Source of the DNA: Candidatus Harrisonbacteria bacterium CG10_big_fil_rev_8_21_14_0_10_40_38
GTDB taxonomy: Bacteria; Patescibacteriota; Minisyncoccia; UBA6257; 1-14-0-10-40-38
Assembly (NCBI GenBank): GCA_002773535.1
Contig: PFAZ01000001.1
Coordinates: 241,579-305,578 of the forward strand
Length of the DNA: 64,000 nucleotides
Direction of reading: 5' to 3'
Shown: positions 60,124-64,000 of the stretch, piece by piece
How positions within the stretch are numbered: position 1 is the stretch's first letter
Layout: every line of letters starts with the position of its first letter
Translations under genes and position numbers: made by a program
Notes under the pieces: generated by a model
What the model saw: the letters and a program-made list of their open reading frames with translations, nothing else
The model's database searches: none
Told to the model about the DNA's origin: nothing

Positions 60124-60546
60124 TTAACTGGAAGAAGAACCTTCCGCCTGCGACTTCTGCTCTGGGACCAGCTTGGCTTCACCGATAGGAAGTACTACTA
60201 CCTGGACGTATCGCTCGAGTTGAGCACGATCTTTGAACCACAGCTTGATTTCTCGCCAACCGACCCCCACGTCGCTCTTTCGTTGACTGTAACGAATGTC
60301 TGCGATCGGACATTCCTCGAGCTCTGAGCTATTCTCTGTTGCGATGTGAAAGCTCACGTCTTTGCTCGGAACTCTGACTGTCGAGAACCCGTCGAAGTAG
60401 AGTAGGATATCCGAAGACTCCGGCCCAATGAGATTGAGGGCCTTCACCAAACCGGCCCTATGCGAAACGATATCCCAGAACTCATTGGTCGGGTGCGCTT
60501 TGATCTGCTTTTCACCCCATTTCGACTTCAATTGGACTTCATGCAT
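60124..60546 (-). CDS. hypothetical protein (about 50% GC)
   Basis: 140 aa. Confidence 0.35.
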   Translation of the reverse strand: MHEVQLKSKWGEKQIKAHPTNEFWDIVSHRAGLVKALNLIGPESSDILLYFDGFSTVRVPSKDVSFHIATENSSELEECPIADIRYSQRKSDVGVGWREIKLWFKDRAQLERYVQVVVLPIGEAKLVPEQKSQAEGSSSS

Positions 60547-61164
60547 TGCTTTTCTCCTTTCAAGGTACAGTTTGATTCAGACACCACGCCCGAATCTTAT
60601 TCAAGAGGATAGCATATTACACAATAATAGTCAAGAGGCGACAAGTTGCCGCTTCTTGGAAAAAATTGATGAAAAAATTTCTTTTGCCCTTCATTTATAA
60701 ATCCTTTTCCTTTTCGCCAAAAAAGCCCTTTCAAATCCTATGCGAGTGGCGCGTCTCGCGCCGCGAGCTTGATCCTCCTTTCTTGCAAAATTCCAATTGG
60801 CGGAGGTTAGTGGACGACGTTAGAACCTATTGGCAAACCAGTACAGACCGTTTCTTCATACCCAATCTTTCACAGGAACAGGCAGTATTGGTATAACCGT
60901 TCTCTCCCTTTCATTATAGCCCGTTCTTACATGTCATACAGAACAAGACGGTTGTCCATGTCTTTGTAATGGTAGACCGCTATGTACGAGTGTGAAGCAC
61001 CTCGCATAGACATATCCATACCTAGTAAGTTATATACGTACATACAAGAAGGGGTATATCTTGTCTGTCTTGGGCTGATTCTCCCAAAACCAAAAAGGGG
61101 TAGTGGGTGTTTCTCAAACGGGCTTGCGATTCTCGCGGGGGAAACCGTCTCTTAGAGCAACAAT

Positions 61165-61500
61165 CTAGCCGAAAACTTTTAGGTCTTTTAGTAAATTGAC
61201 TACTGCAACTAAAACACCTATGCCCCCTATAATCGCAGCGACCCAAGTTGCATTGCGAATAGACCTCGTTAGCTTTTCAGAAGATTGAGATGATTTGTTT
61301 AGTTCATCAGTAAGGTGTTCTATCGCTTGGTTTGGGTTTCCAGCAACATGCTTCGTGTGATGAAACCAAACCATCTTCCATAAAAAAGTATCCTTCTTGT
61401 CTTGCTCAGACATGGATGGCCATTTCTCTCGAAGCTCTTTTATTTCTTGGTCGTCTCCAAACATTTTATTTGTTGAGATGGAATGTACCATCTTCTGCAC
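61165..61500 (-). CDS. hypothetical protein with a C-terminal TM anchor
   Basis: 111 aa. Overlaps the end of the putative endonuclease gene. Confidence 0.35.
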   Translation of the reverse strand: MQKMVHSISTNKMFGDDQEIKELREKWPSMSEQDKKDTFLWKMVWFHHTKHVAGNPNQAIEHLTDELNKSSQSSEKLTRSIRNATWVAAIIGGIGVLVAVVNLLKDLKVFG

Positions 61501-62734
61501 TAAACGAACCTGTTGCTTCTGCCATCCATCGTAACCAAGACATCATAGAACCAGCACGCCTACCTATTGTAGTTCCAGTCAGATTTGAACTTCTTGCTAT
61601 AACTTTCTCAACGTCTGATTGTGCTAGCACGCCTTTCTCTTTGAGAATGTCGAGAGAGTTTTTTACTAAATTGAAATCGGCAAGAAGCCCAGCGAAGAAC
61701 AGGTTGCGTTTCTCTGCGGGAAGCTGCACCAACTCTTTACCTACATCGGTAAGATGATACTTTCCGTCCTTCGGGAGAACCAATCCTAATGCTTCTGCTG
61801 CCTCTCTATAATAGCTGCTTTGGCGCTCGTCAAACTCGAAGTATGCGGCCACATCACGATAGTTGTCTGTTCCCTCGCTCACTTTGAAAACCAGTTCTAT
61901 CACCTTGCTCACATCATTGGCCTGCGGTATCAGGTCTTTGTAAGCGACAATACCCTTCGGTTTAATGTCTTCAATTACAATTTCATGCTCACTCGCAATT
62001 CTTACTGATTTCATCTCTCGCAAACTGATAGAGTTGTAGTTTGCGGCGTCGGGAATCTCGTAAATCCAGAAGTTATAGGTCTTTGTCGCTGGCTCGTATG
62101 TGAAGAACACAGGAACGATTGTTTTGTCGGGAGAAATAACTTTGAAATGGTTGTAAGGATAGAACAGTTGCCGAATGATGAAATCTTCTGGTGTATCCAT
62201 TTTCGCTTCAATCAATACGATTGAATCCTCACCCTCCAAGCCAGAATCAACTTCAAGCTGTACAGAGGATACTTCGAGCAGCGTCTTGTTCACCGAAAAT
62301 CTAAAATCTCTGCTGTACTCTCTCCCTCGTATGGATTGATAGAGTGGCTGCTTGCCCAAAACATTTTCAAGTGCACCAGAATTGAAACTGTAATCAAGGT
62401 ACTGCATCTCACTTGAACCTCTGCCCGCAGTTGTAAGTGGAAACTTGATACGCGAGACATGGTTCGCGGTAGCACCTGTCCCTTCCTCCAAGCGGTGAAA
62501 ACCATCGCCGCGGACGATTGCATACTTGCCATTCTTTACGGGTAGTAAGAAGTACCCGTGCTTTTTGAATATGGGCGGCAAGTCAGCAGAGCTATCCATC
62601 TTCGCCATGATTCGCGGTTCAGCGTGAGTTATTGCCTTGATTTCGTCCGCAGTGATGAAATGCAAATCTTCACCAACATCAAACTTCTTTGCGTCGAAAA
62701 TCTGCTCCCAAAGATTGAATGTTTTATTACTCAT
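61466..62734 (-). CDS. putative type II restriction endonuclease (PD-(D/E)xK) cognate to the adjacent methyltransferase
   Basis: EGEDSIVLIEAKMD fits a D...ExK catalytic motif. ATGA start/stop overlap with the upstream Dam-family MTase gene. Confidence 0.45.
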   Translation of the reverse strand: MSNKTFNLWEQIFDAKKFDVGEDLHFITADEIKAITHAEPRIMAKMDSSADLPPIFKKHGYFLLPVKNGKYAIVRGDGFHRLEEGTGATANHVSRIKFPLTTAGRGSSEMQYLDYSFNSGALENVLGKQPLYQSIRGREYSRDFRFSVNKTLLEVSSVQLEVDSGLEGEDSIVLIEAKMDTPEDFIIRQLFYPYNHFKVISPDKTIVPVFFTYEPATKTYNFWIYEIPDAANYNSISLREMKSVRIASEHEIVIEDIKPKGIVAYKDLIPQANDVSKVIELVFKVSEGTDNYRDVAAYFEFDERQSSYYREAAEALGLVLPKDGKYHLTDVGKELVQLPAEKRNLFFAGLLADFNLVKNSLDILKEKGVLAQSDVEKVIARSSNLTGTTIGRRAGSMMSWLRWMAEATGSFSAEDGTFHLNK

Positions 62735-63651
62735 ATCTTATAGTTGGTGATTACATATTCTTTTACCTTTCCGCGTCCTTCGGCCTTACAGTTGACGGCA
62801 CGGTTTGCAAGCACGGTGTGCTTGTTGAAACCACGATAGAGCTTACCGATGAAGTCGGTGTAGGAATTGCTCATCATAACGAAACATCCGCGCCTATCCA
62901 GCTCGGCAAAGATGTCTCGGAGCTTCACCTGTTCTTCTTCAAGGAAATCCTTTTCGTGATAGTTTGTGAACTTGGCTGTTCCATTCAGGGGATAGTAGGG
63001 CGGATCAAAGTATACAAAATCACCCCGCCTTGACTCTGCAACTGCCTTCTCGAAAGAAAGAGCGTTTAATGACACACCTTTGAGCGTGTTCGATACAGCA
63101 AGAAGATTTGACTCATCGAGAATTGCTGGATTCTTATACTTGCCAAAAGGAACATTGAAGCCGCCGCTTGAACTCTCGCGGTAGAGGCCATTGTAGCCCG
63201 TCTTATTAAGAAAGATGAGATATGCTGTCTTGTTCAAATCTCCCTCACTCAAATCGTTATACTTACTCCGTATTTCATAGTAGAGAGCACTTCGCCCTTC
63301 CTCTGATTGTCTATCATACTTGTCCTGCAATCGTCGCAATAGATTTACGAGGTCATCTGGTTTCTTCTGAACATGTTTGTAAGCAGTGATGAGAGTTGTG
63401 TTGATGTCGTTTAGGAACGCTTCCTTTGGCTTCACATCAAAGAAGACCGCCCCTCCTCCCAAGAATGGTTCGAAATACCTCTTGAAAGTACGCGGATAGA
63501 AGTCGCGAAGTTGTGGTAAAAGCTGCGACTTACCTCCTACCCATTTTAGAAACGGTTTTACCCCGTTCGGACGAGTAATTGTTTTTTTTGGAGTAGTCAT
63601 AGTTATTGAATATGTCCGCGCAGTTTGTATTGGTGCAAGTGTCTTTGTCAT
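62731..63651 (-). CDS. Dam-family N6-adenine DNA methyltransferase
   Basis: FLKWVGGKSQLL (motif X/I) and DPPY (motif IV) in alpha-group order. Confidence 0.8.
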   Translation of the reverse strand: MTKTLAPIQTARTYSITMTTPKKTITRPNGVKPFLKWVGGKSQLLPQLRDFYPRTFKRYFEPFLGGGAVFFDVKPKEAFLNDINTTLITAYKHVQKKPDDLVNLLRRLQDKYDRQSEEGRSALYYEIRSKYNDLSEGDLNKTAYLIFLNKTGYNGLYRESSSGGFNVPFGKYKNPAILDESNLLAVSNTLKGVSLNALSFEKAVAESRRGDFVYFDPPYYPLNGTAKFTNYHEKDFLEEEQVKLRDIFAELDRRGCFVMMSNSYTDFIGKLYRGFNKHTVLANRAVNCKAEGRGKVKEYVITNYKI

Positions 63652-63667
63652 GGTTGTAGCAAGCTAG

Positions 63668-63859
63668 TTATTTCCTTGCACTAGATTTCTTGCGCCCTCT
63701 TTTCAAAAAGTTATCAATATCCTCTTGGGTGAAGCGCCACTTACCGACCTTCGAACCTTTGAGTACACCTTTCTCCAAATAGCGAAACAATGTGCGTTCG
63801 TCCACATGCAGGATTCCTTCGAGGTCTTTCAGTGTGTAGATTTTATTTCTTTTGTTCAT
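63668..63859 (-). CDS. excisionase-family HTH DNA-binding protein (Xis/MerR-like): possible controller or excisionase
   Basis: YTLKDLEGILHVDERTLFRYLEKGVLKGSKVGKWRF matches the HTH_17 excisionase pattern. Confidence 0.6.
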   Translation of the reverse strand: MNKRNKIYTLKDLEGILHVDERTLFRYLEKGVLKGSKVGKWRFTQEDIDNFLKRGRKKSSARK

Positions 63860-64000
63860 AGCTCTGTATTCGCTCGTAACTTTATTTTATGCTATTAAAG
63901 TGAGGACGACAAGATTTGTCAGGGTACAGTTTTCCTTACAATGACCATGAAAATGAAAAGAAACAAGAGGAATAAGTTTGATACACCCGAAAATCGGCGG

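Overview
This 64-kb window looks like a low-GC, small-gene bacterial chromosome with many hallmarks of Candidate Phyla Radiation (Patescibacteria) genomes. Genes run head to tail with short or overlapping junctions. Most housekeeping genes sit on the minus strand. Features in order: rpsP, a KH-domain protein, trmD (no rimM between them), an SMC, rnc, nusB and L32; then dnaE and thrS on the plus strand; gatB; a higher-GC thymidylate module (long-form dCTP deaminase, thyX, tmk); rplK, nusG, secE and gyrB (no rplA downstream of rplK); a single-chain PheRS; three tRNAs; murD; gatCA; ligA; a complete type IV pilus cluster (pilM, pilN, pilO, pilB, pilT, pilC, two pilA, pilD, minor pilins) followed by comFC; a carbohydrate cluster (PGI/PMI, an LmbE-family deacetylase, glycosyltransferase family 4 (GT4) genes, a GH130 phosphorylase, glycoside hydrolases); two ECF sigma/anti-sigma pairs; tyrS; and a GC-shifted terminal island carrying a Dam-family methyltransferase, a putative restriction endonuclease and an excisionase-like HTH gene. 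All clear stop codons are TAA or TAG. The one in-frame TGA in the window splits tmk. The most notable observations are: (1) a mitochondrial-type monomeric PheRS with a C-terminal FDX-ACB-like domain; (2) a roughly 140-nt structured element present twice, with a near-identical core and a covarying closing stem; (3) tmk interrupted by an in-frame TGA inside a GC-rich dcd-thyX-tmk module; (4) a partial 3' duplication of tRNA-Asp next to tandem C39-like peptidase genes; (5) a 20-25-nt oligonucleotide repeat that is intergenic and also inserted twice in-frame in ligA; (6) several GC-rich patches and an island that suggest horizontal acquisition. Every functional call rests on recalled family motifs, not on database searches.
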